Shown here piece after piece: positions 22,747-34,233 of a stretch of DNA of 64,000 nt. Each line of letters opens with the position of its first letter. The stretch's first letter is position 1. The DNA lies in NCBI GenBank assembly GCA_030390025.1, contig CM059431.1:134604001-134668000 (forward strand), read 5' to 3'. The notes below the pieces were generated by a model. The model did no database searches. It worked only from the letters and a program-made list of their open reading frames with translations, and was not told the DNA's origin. Source of the stretch: Squalus acanthias (Eukaryota). The translations under genes and the position numbers were made by a program.

Positions 22747-24962
22747 GGCTGCAATTTTATTTACCAAGGTGGCTTGGAGTTGGGTTGCGTGGTGGGCGGG
22801 TTCCGGAGCTGCTTCCGGTGGGATCAGCTGTGGATTTCTGATTTTAATTAAATCACCTTGTTGACTTCATTGGGACGCGCTGGCTGGTCTAATGAGTGCG
22901 GTCGGGTCGGCTAGCCGCCTCTGATGACGTCATCATAGCAGCTGCTTTTAATGGTCCCATTCAGCCTCAGCCTTTGTGTTCTGGATTCTGATGGTCTGTG
23001 AATTTGTGACAACTACAATGAGTTCTTCCAGAGGCAAGGCAGCTCTACGCTTCAGTGATGAGTCCCTCCGTGCTCTTGTTGATGCTGTAAGAGGGCGCAG
23101 GGAGATTCTCTTCCAACCGGATGGCCGGATCAAGCCTCCTCAGCAGACAAGGCAGCCTGGCTGCGCATTGCTGAGGAGGTCAGCGCAAGGTCAGTCTGCT
23201 CACGTCCATGGATCCAATGCAGGAAATGGTTTAATGATCTTGTGTCTGCTACATCAATTTCAGATGCCTTTACTCTCCCACAGGACCATCGAGCGCCCCC
23301 CTCCCCAATATCCAGGAGGAATAGCCGGACAACTCCTCAGAGGAACCTGAAGCCTCTGAGGGAGCAGTGTCATCAGGACCCAGCACCAGCGCAGCAACGC
23401 ACACCTCGGTGGGGCCCTCACAAGTTAGAATAGTGTTGCCACCTGGTCTATCACAGCTCACAAGTGAGCATCAGCAGATGGTGGAGACAGCAACAGCAGT
23501 GGAGAGTCCTCGGCGGAGGTCGCAGGACTCTCCTAGCTTGGTTGAGCTGCATGTAGATGCTGTGCCTCTGGGGCCATCCAGAAAAAGAGCGGTTCGGGAA
23601 ATACAGGAACAAGTGCAGGAGTCTCTGGAAGGGTTTGCCTCCAGGGTAAGTGCGAGTGTGGAGAGAATGGAGGAGTCCATCTGTAACATCAGCACTGCCT
23701 TGGTAGAGGCAATGGTGCATGAATGCACCTCCATGGATAGGATGGCAACCTCCATGGATAGGATGGCAACCTCCATGGAAAAGCTGTCTACTGCCATGGA
23801 GGAAATAAGTCGCCAGAGTCACGAAAACATGGTGAGTGTTCAAAATAGATTGTCATCTCTGGAGGAGAGATGGGCAGCTATTGAGCAGAGAGACCAAAGC
23901 TTCATGGACGTCCTTGTGATGAGGACTGCCAGTGCAGATACAGGTCCTCATGGTCCCCCTGATATACGGCAAGGTGCTTTCCAGCCACTTACCAGCACTG
24001 AGGTGCGGCTGACCCACGAGAGGGATGTTGGTGGCAGGCCACAAGGAAGAGTGGGCTCCTCTCCAAGCGCTCACAGGACCATGCCACTGCAGAGCTCTCG
24101 GTCAGAGACCCACTTTGCAGAGCCAACCGAGATGGCTGTTTCAGCCCCTGCACAGCCGCAGGAAGAGCAAACTGCTGAAGAGCCCTCCCAGGCTCCCAAA
24201 CTTAGAGGATGCCCGCCAAAGGCTTCTAAGCAGGCGCAGCATCCTAGTCAGGAAGGTGCCTCTACATCTGCTGAAGCCACAGGGGTAGCACCACATAGAA
24301 GCACGCGTAAGAGAAAGATTAAGCACATATAGTCACAAGGGGACTCATGTAGGTGTTTAGTCATTATTTTTCTGCCTGGACTTGCATTTGTAAAGAAAAA
24401 TGATGGCAAACAGTTGATTGTGTGGCCTATGTGTTCTGGGAAATGGCAAATGCGCATTGAGGGCTCAGGGCGACTTGCATTTGTAATGCTGATGGTGAAA
24501 GTAATAGGAAATAACCGGGTATAGCAGAGATGATGTATGACATTGGAGTAATGTCGCCTACAATTAAAGAGCCATGTGGTAGCCACCTATGGTTGAAGAG
24601 TAAGCTTATGCTAATGTGGCATGGCAGTGTGCATACCCTGCATGACGGGCAGCAGTGAACTGGAGGGATACTGCATTGGTCACAACAGGGCATACAAGAC
24701 TCCCCTCGTCCTCCTCCTCCTTCTCCTCTTCTTCCTCGTCCTCCTCCTCCTCTTCCGAGGAAGATCTGCGCTGAGCCACGCGGCTGCTGCTCCTCCGATT
24801 ATGACGATCAGGATGAGAGGACATAAATGTTTCCCATCCCGTTGCTATAGATTTCATTTGAGGCAAGAAGCTTGCAGTTTGGCAGTCTGAAGCCATTTTT
24901 TCCGATTTCCGCTGCCGACCCGCCTCCAAACCCGCCTCCTCAGGGCTATTAAAATCGAGCCC
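22747..24962. mobile_element. Harbinger deletion derivative (copy B): Myb gene partly retained, transposase lost except a probable acidic C-terminal tail
   Basis: Termini GGCTGCAATTTTA and TAAAATCGAGCCC; TSD AGA. Confidence 0.88.
23018..24332 (+). pseudogene. Harbinger Myb/SANT-like partner gene: exon 1 frameshifted, exon 2 deleted, last exon almost open
   Basis: RFSDESLRALVDAVRGRREILF..AWLRIAEEV..RPWIQCRKWFNDL; acceptor CTTTACTCTCCCACAG at 23283; 321-aa ORF ending RSTRKRKIKHI. Confidence 0.85.
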
Positions 24963-25631
24963 AGAGTATCTGGTCATTATTTGCTGTTTGTGCACAAATT
25001 AGCAGCTGCGTTTCCTACATTACAACAGTGACTACACTTCAAAAGTACTTAATTGGCTGTAAAGCACTTTGGGACATCCTGAGGCCATGAACGGCGCTAT
25101 ATAAATGCAAGTCTTTCTTTCTTAATACATTCTGTTTTATTTATCTAATCAGTGACCTCTTTAAAAAAAACTCCACTGGTACTTCCCTGGTGTCCAGTAA
25201 CCACTTCTCGAGTCTTTCTTAGCTCTCTGGATAAATACCATCTATCCCCTTTAATTTATTTGTTTCCCAGTTAATAGGAGGTAGAAAAGTTGGCAGTAAA
25301 AAATAACAAATCGTTTTAAGAAGGGACGTGTTTTTTGATTAAAAGACTGCAAAGATAAGGCTATTAATATGGCCTCTTCCTGGAGTGTTTTTTAGATGTA
25401 ATGATGGTGATCTTTCATAAGGGCAAGGTAATATCACACACAGACTGCACTTTCATCAAACATTGAAAGTTAATTAATGAAGAGCCTGTACTTGATATAG
25501 TATCTAGCAGTGAACCTACTGAAATGGTGGCAAATTAAGGGAGCAATTGATTGGCAGCATCAGGGACTAAAAATAAGAGGGAAAATAAAGCAATATTTCA
25601 GGAAAACTGATTTTAAGGCAGTGGGTCAGAG

Positions 25632-25719
25632 GTTTTTTTTTAATTCGTTTTTATGGGATGTGGGCGTCACTGGCAAGGCCAGCATTTATTGCCCATTCCC
25701 AATTGTCCTTGAGAAGGTG
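25632..25719 (-). mobile_element. Short 3' tail of the LINE family seen at 39311-41519
   Basis: Reverse complement of 41438-41518, including the A-rich tail. Confidence 0.75.
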
Positions 25720-26505
25720 GGGAGAGATTGGAGCGTGTGTCGGGTTGTGGGGAAGATCGGAGCGTGGGTCGTGGAAGGGGGGGAAGAGATCAGTGTGTGG
25801 GTCACGGGGGGGGTGGGGGGTTGGTGGAGACAGATCAGAGCATAGGTCCGGAGGGATGTGGAGGGAGATCAGAGCATGAGTTGGGTTTTGGGGAGTGGGC
25901 AGGATATCGGAGTGTGGATCAGGGGGTTGGGGGTAGATTGGAGTGTGGGGGAGATCAGACCATGAGGAGGGGAGACCGGACCATGGGTTTGGGAGAGAGA
26001 TTGGAAGATCGGTGCGTGGGTTGGGGGCGGGGAGCTTGGAGTGTGTTTCTAGGGGGAATAGGAGCATGGGTCGGGGTCCGGGGAGAGGGAGAGAGGAAGA
26101 TCAGACCATGGGTTGGGAAGCAAGTTAGCTTGGGACGCCAGGGGGAAGCACTCCTGCTTCTCCTGGCCCACATGCAGCGGTGGAAAGGCACGTACCTGAT
26201 GGATCCAACCCTTCTCGCCTCCTTTCAGCTGCCAGTTACCAGAGCCCTGGGAAACCCGAACTGCAGTCGCCATTAAATCTGAAAGGCTGTTCAAATTTGA
26301 GGCACACAGGTTCATTAACATATTTAAATAATAGCCCCACCTCTCGAGCGCTTAGTTGCCCACCCTGAACCCGCCTCTGTTAAAATCGGAAGTGGGCATG
26401 TTGGAGGCAGGATGGGGTCGGGTTTCAGATCTTTTAAATTTTAAACTAATACCATACCCTCCCCCACCCCCCACCACCGGTCAAGGGGGGGTTAAAATTA
26501 CCCCC
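25720..26505. mobile_element. Truncated MITE of the 10342-11191 type, reverse orientation, with G-rich low-complexity core
   Basis: Right end GGGGGGTTAAAATTACCCCC; subterminal GTTAAAATCGGAAGTGGG. Confidence 0.65.
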
Positions 26506-26511
26506 ATACAG

Positions 26512-29500
26512 TCTACAGCACAGAAACAGGTCATTTGGCCCAATTGGTCTATGCCGGCATTTATGCTCCACATGAACCTCTTCCCACCCTTCTTCATCTA
26601 ACCCAATCAGCATATCCTTCTATTTCTTTTTCCCTCATGTGCTTATCCAGCTTCCCCTTAATTGCATCTCTGCAATTCGTCTCAGCTGCTCCTTATGGTC
26701 GAGAGTTCCACATTCTAACCACTCTCTGGGTGAAGAAGTTTCTCCTGAATTCCCTATTGAATATCTTATATTCATGACCTCTAGTTTGGACTCCCCCACA
26801 AATGGAAACATTTTCTCTATGTCTATCCTATCAAACCCTTTCATTATCTTAACGACCTCTATCAGGTCACCCCTCAGCCTTCTCTTTTCTAGAGAAAAGA
26901 GCCCCAGCCTGTTCAGCATTTCCTGATAAGTATATCCTCTCAGTTCTGGTATCAGCCTTGCAAAACTTTTTTGCACCTTCTCCAGTGTCTCTATATCCCT
27001 TTTTATAATATGGAGACCCGAACTGCGCAAAGTACTTCAAATGTGGTCCAACCAAGGTTCTATACAATTTTAACATAACTTCTCTTTTCAATTCGATCCC
27101 TCTAGAAATAAACTCCAGTGCTTGGTTTGTTTTTTATGGCCTTATTAATCTGTGTCACTACTTTTAGTGATTTGTGTATCTGTAACCTTAGATCCCTTTG
27201 CTCCTCTACCCCATTCAGAGTCTTATTAGCCAACCAAACTTCCTATCAAAATGTCCCACTTCACATTTATCTATATTAAAATTCATTTGCCAATTACATG
27301 CCCATTCTGAAAGTTTATTAATATCTTGTATTTTGGCGCATTCTTCCTCAGTATTAACCATGCCCCCAATTTGGTGTCATTCACAAATTTTAAAGTTGAA
27401 CTTCCAATTCCCGAGTCCAAATCATTAATGCAAATTGTGAACAACAGTCTTCCCAGCATCGATCTCCGTGGAACTCAGTCAGTCTGACTCGCTACCCTAA
27501 AGCCCTGCTGTTTGTTTTGTTTTGTAGCCAACTTGCTATCCATTCTGCTACTTGTCTCCTGACTCCATGTACTCTAACCCTAGTTATGAGTCTACCTTGT
27601 CAAAAGCCCTTTGAAAATCCAAATATATTACATCTACTACATTACACTTGTCAACTCTTTCTGTTATTTCTTCAAAGAATTCAATAAGATTGGTCAAGCA
27701 TGATGTTCCCTTTTGAAATCCGTACTGATTATATTTTCGGTTTCTAGATGTTTTTCTATAACATCTTTGAGTAAAGAATCCATTATCTTTCCACCACCAA
27801 CGTTAAGCTAACTAGTCTAAAGTTACCTGGACTTGTTCTATCTCTTTTTAAATATAGGAATAACATTAGCTGTCCACCAGTCCTCTAGTACTATTTCCTT
27901 TTCTAATGAATTTTTATATATGTAATAATGCCTCTGTTACCTCTTTCCTAATTTTTTCTAGTTTACCTTCCCTGGTTCTATTCTCATCCCCTCCAAATTA
28001 GCTTTATTCCAATCTATTACTTTGGTCTTTGTCTCACTTATGTCTTTCTCAGTCATTATTTTGAACTTTATATTGTGATCGCTGTTGCCTAGATGTTCTT
28101 CAACACTTACTTCTCTTATCTGCTCTGGTTCATTTCCCTTTACTAGATCTAGCATGTGATTCCTCTTTTGTTGGGCTTCTTATGTACTGGGTAAGAACGG
28201 AATCTTGAACACACTGTAAAAACTCCATTCCCTACTTCTTCTTGCCAGTTAATTTTGGGGTAGTTAAAATCTCCCATTATTATTATTCTATATCTATTAA
28301 TCATTTCATAGATTTGCTTACATAGTTCTCCCTCCACTTTCCTTCCACTATTAGGTGGTCTGTAGAATACCCCTATTAGCATGATTGACCCCTTCTTATC
28401 CGTTATCTCAATCCATATGGATTCTGTTTCTATCTTAATGTTGGTTATATCTCTTTTTTTCTCCCAACATTATGTTATCTCTAATTAGTGCAGCTACCCC
28501 ACCCCATCTTCTTCCTTTCCTATCCTTTCTAAACACAAGGGCCCTGAATTTGCGGTCGACATGATGGTGAGCTGTCAGTGTTCACCGCCATACCGCCTTT
28601 GAAACTGACCGCAAGTTCGAATTTCCGCACACGCTTGCACTAAATCCTGAACTTGCGATCTGTCAAGTTACGAATACACAGAGGCTTCGCTGCGTCTTTC
28701 ACCTCCTGATAGAAATCAATGTGTTGGTGAAAAGTTGGGCTAATTGCCCACCTACTCCAAAGTAATTACGCTTTCAATTTTTAAGTTTTGCGTAAGGGGA
28801 CTGGAAGATAGAACTTCATTCCCAATAAAAACCTAACACACAACACAATTAATAGGTACCATCAATTGTATATGTACCCTGTTAGGCTGTGTATTCTGCA
28901 AGAAAATGGTTTACATCCGCAAATGTCAATTTAGAACAATCATTGTAGATTGTCATTTTTGTTTTAATTTAAATCATGAGAACAGAAGCATTTTTATTTT
29001 TAAATGTCTTGAACATGTGTCACCAGATGGTATGTTTAGTGTTGTAATTACTGAGGAAATTGAGCTAGGTATTTTGTAGAATATACGCCACTGAGGACAG
29101 TGACTGTCTCGCTATCTACAGCAACATAACCACATCACAGAATGATCTCGAGTCAGTCATTAACTCCCAGCCAGAACATGAACTCGTTTCTTATCCCAGT
29201 TCAAGAGTGAAGCATGATGATTAATGCAGTTCGAGATAAAGCTGTTTGTTCTGTGTGTGTACAAATCTTTGTTGCAGAATGCGTTGCTATAAGAAACATT
29301 AGTAAATGTCAGCACGCCACAGTGTTGAGACAGGCTCTAGCAATGATTATTCCAGCCACTTTTTCTAGCGGTGTAGATCAAATGAATGACATGATGCTGG
29401 TTTATTCCTGCCATCAGAGTCAGCTGCTAGCTGAAGCTAAGCACAGACACACCAGCTACAGACGGCATTAAAGCTCGTGAGACCCGAATGAATACCTTAT

Positions 29501-29950
29501 AGAAAATCTCATCTTCTAAGAATTAGGAAGTAGAAGAACCACCGCCCCACGTGATCTCAGGTTCGCATACGCACAATGGTGCGCTCCTGGGCTCTGTGAG
29601 GGAGTACGCTGCGAGGAACTCTGCAGTATTTTAAAGGAAGTTCTCGCAGGGGGGAAATCGCACAAGGTGGGTGCGGATTTACTTGCGATGTCGGCGGTGT
29701 ACTCATTAGCTTCGCCGCCGACCGCAAATTCAGGCCCATTATATCCTGCAATATTTAACTGCCTGTCCTGTTCGTTATTAATCCATGTTTCAGTTATCCC
29801 TACTACATCTGGCTCCTCGTTACGAATTATTGCCTTCATTTCCCCCATTTTGTTTTGGATGTTGTGCACATTACTGTACAGGCAATTTAATTCATTTTTA
29901 TTAATTGTTCCATCACTTTATTTTGAACAGTCATTTTATACTTATGTTCT
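26512..29950 (-). mobile_element. Degenerate CR1 LINE ORF2 with internal deletions, split by a MITE inside the endonuclease domain
   Basis: VVGITETW..NIAGYN|VFRKDR joins across 28540-29737; GVFYRPP, MGDFNYP, LGNSDH; RT C-terminus and 3' UTR. Confidence 0.88.
28540..29737. mobile_element. 1.2-kb non-autonomous Harbinger-type element
   Basis: 19-bp TIR GGCCCTGAATTTGCGGTCG / CGACCGCAAATTCAGGCCC with one mismatch. Confidence 0.85.
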
Positions 29951-29969
29951 ATAACTATATCTGTTCTCT

Positions 29970-30651
29970 GAAATAAAAACAAAAAATGCTGGAAATACTC
30001 AGCAGGTCAGGCAGCATCTGTGGAGAGAGAAACAGAGTTAACGTTTCAGGTCAATGACCCTTCGTCAGAACTGGAAAAAGTTGGAGATGAAACAGGTTTT
30101 TAAGCAAGTGTAGGGGCAGGGAGAGGGGGAGGGGAGGAAAAAAACAAAAGGGAAGGTCTGTGATAGGCTGGAAGCCAGGAGAGATTAAGAGACAAAAGGG
30201 ATGATGGTGCAAGGCAAAAGGAGATGGTAATGGGACAAGTTAAGAAACAAAACATGACTCTAGATGAAGTGCAAATGGCAATGGCAGAATCATCAACAGC
30301 TGCCATGTGAGAGAGAGAGAAAAAAAATAGGGGCAGAGGTTATGGTCTGAAATTGTTGAACTCTATGTTGAGTCCAGAAGGCTGTAAAGTGCCTAATCGA
30401 AAGATGAGGTGCTGTTCCTCGAGCTTACGTTGAGCTTCATTGGAACAGTGTAAGAGGCCGAGGATGGAGAGGTCAGAGTGGGAGTGGAGCGGAGAATTAA
30501 AGTGACAGGCAACCGGAAGCTCGGGGTCACCCTTACGGACTGAACGGAGATGTTCCGCAAAGCGGTCACCCAATCTGATTTGGTCTCCCCAATGTAGAGG
30601 AGACCGCATCGTGATCAGCGAACACAGTATACTAAATTGCAAGAAGTACAA
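29970..30651 (-). mobile_element. Penelope-like element 3' portion (GIY-YIG end and terminal repeat)
   Basis: RLGDRFAEHLRSV..VACHFN..RKLEEQHLIFRLGTLQPSGLN; hammerhead-like motif at 30036-30072. Confidence 0.88.
30036..30072 (-). ncRNA. Minimal type I hammerhead ribozyme-like motif in a PLE terminus
   Basis: AGUU-CUGACGA-A-GGGUCA-U-UGACCU-GAAA-CG-UU-AACU: core boxes, stem I and stem II pair, palindromic AACGUU in place of stem III. Confidence 0.65.
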
Positions 30652-31524
30652 GTTCTCTGTTCGTTTATGTTATCTTTATTCCTCATCTTGGTCTGACCTT
30701 TACTCCTTCATCTCCTATTTCTTTTATCATCAGGATTCTGTTATTTTCACCAGATCACTCCCCCGTCTTACTAGTTTAAAGTAACACATTCATTATTTAT
30801 GAATAAAGCAAAGTAACTGTACAAGTTTGCATAAGTAAAGTAACAATTTACAAAAGCAATCTTACATACACAGCAGTGTTGTTTATAATTAGTACTGCAG
30901 TACTTGGTTTCCACCCCCGCACCAATCCTCTCTCCTTGCCTCCTGAAGGTATTGACTCTATGCTGGGATACAATGGTCTCCTCTGGTGTTTTGGCCAAGT
31001 GGCCATTATGCATGTATGGGACTCAACTGGCAGGATATTCACCTACATGAAGAATCACAGCTGAGCCAAATTTTGCCCAATGTGTAGAGGTCATTGGATA
31101 GTGATCAACAATGGGGACTCCAGAACATTTTTCTCTCCCGTAAAAATGAGCTGCCAAGGCCAATCGTAGCATCGGTCTGTATGGCTAAGCTGTGCATTGG
31201 AGAAACTCACTGTGTCATCAGAAAAGCGAGATACAGCACTCAATAAGAAGTTTATTCTTGTATTCGAGTACATCCTTTTTTAAAACTTACATTTTTGGTG
31301 GAGTACAAGCTATGCCACATGATGTTCCAGTATAAGATGAAAAGAGAGAGTTTGGAGAGACCAAAGAGGAAGCATATCAGATCAGTTTAATCAGGAAGGA
31401 TGCAAAGCACCAATATGTCTCTCTAGTTATAGTGGAAATGGGTGAGAGCCAAATGCAAAGAAAATATTTGAGAGTGAAAAAGGACTGTACTGGGGTCATA
31501 GATCAGTTTTCCTGTTGACTTGGA

Positions 31525-31798
31525 GATAGAAACATAGAAACATAGAAAATAGGTGCAGGAGTAGACCATTCGGTCCTTCGAGCCTGCACCGCCATTTAAT
31601 GCGTTCATGGCTGAACATGCTACCTCAGTACCCCATTCCTGCTTTCTCGCCATACCCCTTGATCCCCCTAGTTGTGAGTATTATATCTAACTCCCTTTTG
31701 AATATATTTAGCGAACTGGCCTCAACAACCTTCTGTGGTAGAGAATTCCACAGATTCACCACTCTCTGGGTGAAGAAGTTTCTCCTCATCTCAGTCCT
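31525..31798 (-). mobile_element. CR1 3' end
   Basis: (TTTCTATG)n tail; RRNFFTQRVVNLWNSLPQ on -. Confidence 0.85.
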
Positions 31799-32019
31799 CA
31801 GATGGTCTAAATGATCAGTTTGTACTGTCTGTTGAGCCAGTATAGCTCTTTATTATACAACAGTGCATGAAGTTGAGTAGGAGAAATAAGTACATCTAAC
31901 ACTGCAGTGAAATAGCCTGGAGTAGTACTGAATCCTCACTCTCATCCTGTGGAAATGGGATCCCCAAGAAAGTAGATGAACAATTAAAAAGGAAAAAAAC
32001 ACTTGCAAAGACTGCTGGA

Positions 32020-32198
32020 AAATCAAACAGAAATAGAAAGTGCTGGAAATACATAGCAGATCAGCCAGCACCTACAAAGAGAAAGGACAACTTCAATGGC
32101 CCTGATGAAGGGTTACATCCAAAACATTAACCTGGCTTTTCTCTTTATAGATGCCGACTAATCTTATATATATTTTCAACATGTTCTGTTTTTGTTCT
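32020..32198. mobile_element. Old palindromic PLE terminus with decayed hammerhead-like motif
   Basis: Imperfect inverted arms resembling 29975-30030; central CCTGATGAAGGGTTACATCCAAAACATTAAC. Confidence 0.55.
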
Positions 32199-32567
32199 AA
32201 AGTGGATGAGCAATTGGGTCCTGAAATTACATCATGGAATACTGGTGTATGAACACTTAGCATGCTTGTTTGAAATTCCTTTCTCTGCTATTTTAGTGGA
32301 GGTATTAACCAATTTATTTTAAGCAATGCTTCTGCTAAAATAGCAAAAAGTGAATTCCAGACAAACATTTTAAGTGCTCATAAGCTGATATCCCATGGCA
32401 GGACCTTAATTTTTGTCAAGAAGTATACGTGAGGTTTCTAAGTAGCAATTTGTGTGCAACATAAAATAATGATATTGCATTCATCTTAAATGTCACACCA
32501 CCCCCCAAAGTTAAAGGGGAAAAAGTTATTCCATGATTTTTAGGAATTACTGAAATTCATACATAAT

Positions 32568-33233
32568 GGCCCAGATTTTGCGGTAAAATAACAGTGAGGC
32601 TATCAGCGCTCAGGAAGTTGCTGTCCGAGTTGCCCTGCTCCTCCAGAATTCAGCACTGAAACACATGGAACAGCTTGAAGTTGTTGCACTTAAGTGATAG
32701 AGACCCACTAAACATGCCAGAAAAAGTTAGGGCTTGTCCATCCCATTGTGTAAGTAAATTTTTAATGGTGTGATGAGTCTTAATTACTGCCAAACAACAT
32801 TTCTGGCACTGAAAATTAACTTTTACAAATGTAGAATCTCATTCCTTTAGATTTTAATAATTGTTGAAGATTTAAAAAATTAAGACATTAAACGTTTTCT
32901 TTGTCTCTTTTATTAATCCCATCTTTCTTTCCCTCTCTTTATTTCGCTTTCAGTACATGATTTGACATTGAATTAAATATTCAAACTTACATTTCCTGGT
33001 TCAGACTCTGTGATGCTCATTAACAATTCTTCAATCTGATTGGTTAAGTAGATATACAGTTGCTTGCTCTGTTCACACAGGTCCCAGATCCCCTGTAGAG
33101 GGCACTGTGCACCAAAATGGCTTTCTAATCACAGCAAGTTCCAGTGCAAAACCCCACAAAAAGTCTGTGAGCAAGTGTAAGTGTAATGAATGCCTGGCAC
33201 CGTTCGTTCACCGTTAACCGCAAAACCCGGCCC
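32568..33233. mobile_element. Harbinger-type MITE
   Basis: About 20-bp TIR GGCCCAGATTTTGCGGTAAA / TTAACCGCAAAACCCGGCCC; flanks AAT/ACT. Confidence 0.78.
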
Positions 33234-33604
33234 ACTTTATTTGTAAGAAAGAATCTTGACCCAGGACTGGGAAACATACCACTGACGTGCTTTGGACTTC
33301 CCTCAGCTAATTTGCTAGATGCTCAAACATCTTATCAATTAAAACAATGGAGTGTACTGATACTAAGTAGCTATCTACACTAATGGATTTATCAGGTGAA
33401 AAGTACATATCTGGCCTGTACATTTGCAACATATGGATAATTATAGGTGAGCCAGCACAAAGGGAAGAAATGGCAGGAAACTAACTTTGCCATGTGTAGC
33501 TCATACAAGACCGTATGGAGCCAATGGAGTGCTTAGCGCACACTGTATATTTTGAAGGGCAATGTCGCAAAATGCTAAGAACAGTTAAATCATGAAAAAC
33601 TCAC

Positions 33605-33699
33605 CATGTGTTTCATAGCATTGGAGAGTAATCTTCTCCCAGACAACGTGTCAAAATCAGCAACAATCCAGACAGTCACTGCATAAATGATGTCTTCAT
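33605..33699 (-). CDS. UGGT2: UGGT2 internal coding exon (95 nt; phase 1 start, phase 0 end): (D)EDIIYAVTVWIVADFDTLSGRRLLSNAMKHM
   Basis: Acceptor ttgctttcAG and donor ATG|GTGAGT. Peptide resembles the recalled vertebrate UGGT2 segment ..IISAVTLWIIADFDKPSGRKLLFNALKHM. Splices in frame to the 15594 exon. Not in the ORF track. Confidence 0.93.
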
Positions 33700-34233
33700 C
33701 TGAAAGCAAGAAATACTCTTGTGACTGCTGCAATGTTCAGTGGTATTTTTTTGGGGTCATATTATATATCATTAGCCCATTATAAAAGAAAGTTACAGCT
33801 TTTTGTAGAATACCTAGATTACCCAAGCCAAATCATCAGTAGCATTTTATAGGCCTAGCTTCTAGACAGAAAAAGAATAGACAAAATCTGGTCAGAAATA
33901 CAGGCCTGAATTTTTACCTTCGAGACGTGCTGGCAGTGGGGAAGCTGTGGATTGTGTCGGGAACCCGGGAGTTAGAGAGGCGCGTTTTGCAGTGGCCTTT
34001 TAACGGAGTCACTGCAATTGAATCAGACTTCCGGCTTTCCTGACCAATTAATGGGAGCGGGCGTGATGACGCCACGTATGATTCAAATTCAGTTGAGGTA
34101 TTTAAAGGAGCAATGCACAGATGTGAGTTGAAGGTTGGTGGAGGTGGAAGAGAGGTTGTTGGAGTAGCGAGTGCATTGTGGAAATACTGAGTTGGTTGTT
34201 GGTAAATAATTTGATATTGCTGGATAGTAAATA

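Larger units (their letters stand above)
22535..25122 (+). mobile_element. Deu-type SINE split in two (22535-22746 and 24963-25122) by a Harbinger insertion
   Basis: Box A/B head before the insertion; body and GGCGCTATATAAATGCAAGTCTTTCTTT tail after it. Confidence 0.8.

Noticed and set aside
23367..24332. Stand-alone 321-aa novel gene
   Set aside because: It is the last exon of the Harbinger Myb partner; upstream exons are broken and an in-frame TAG precedes it.
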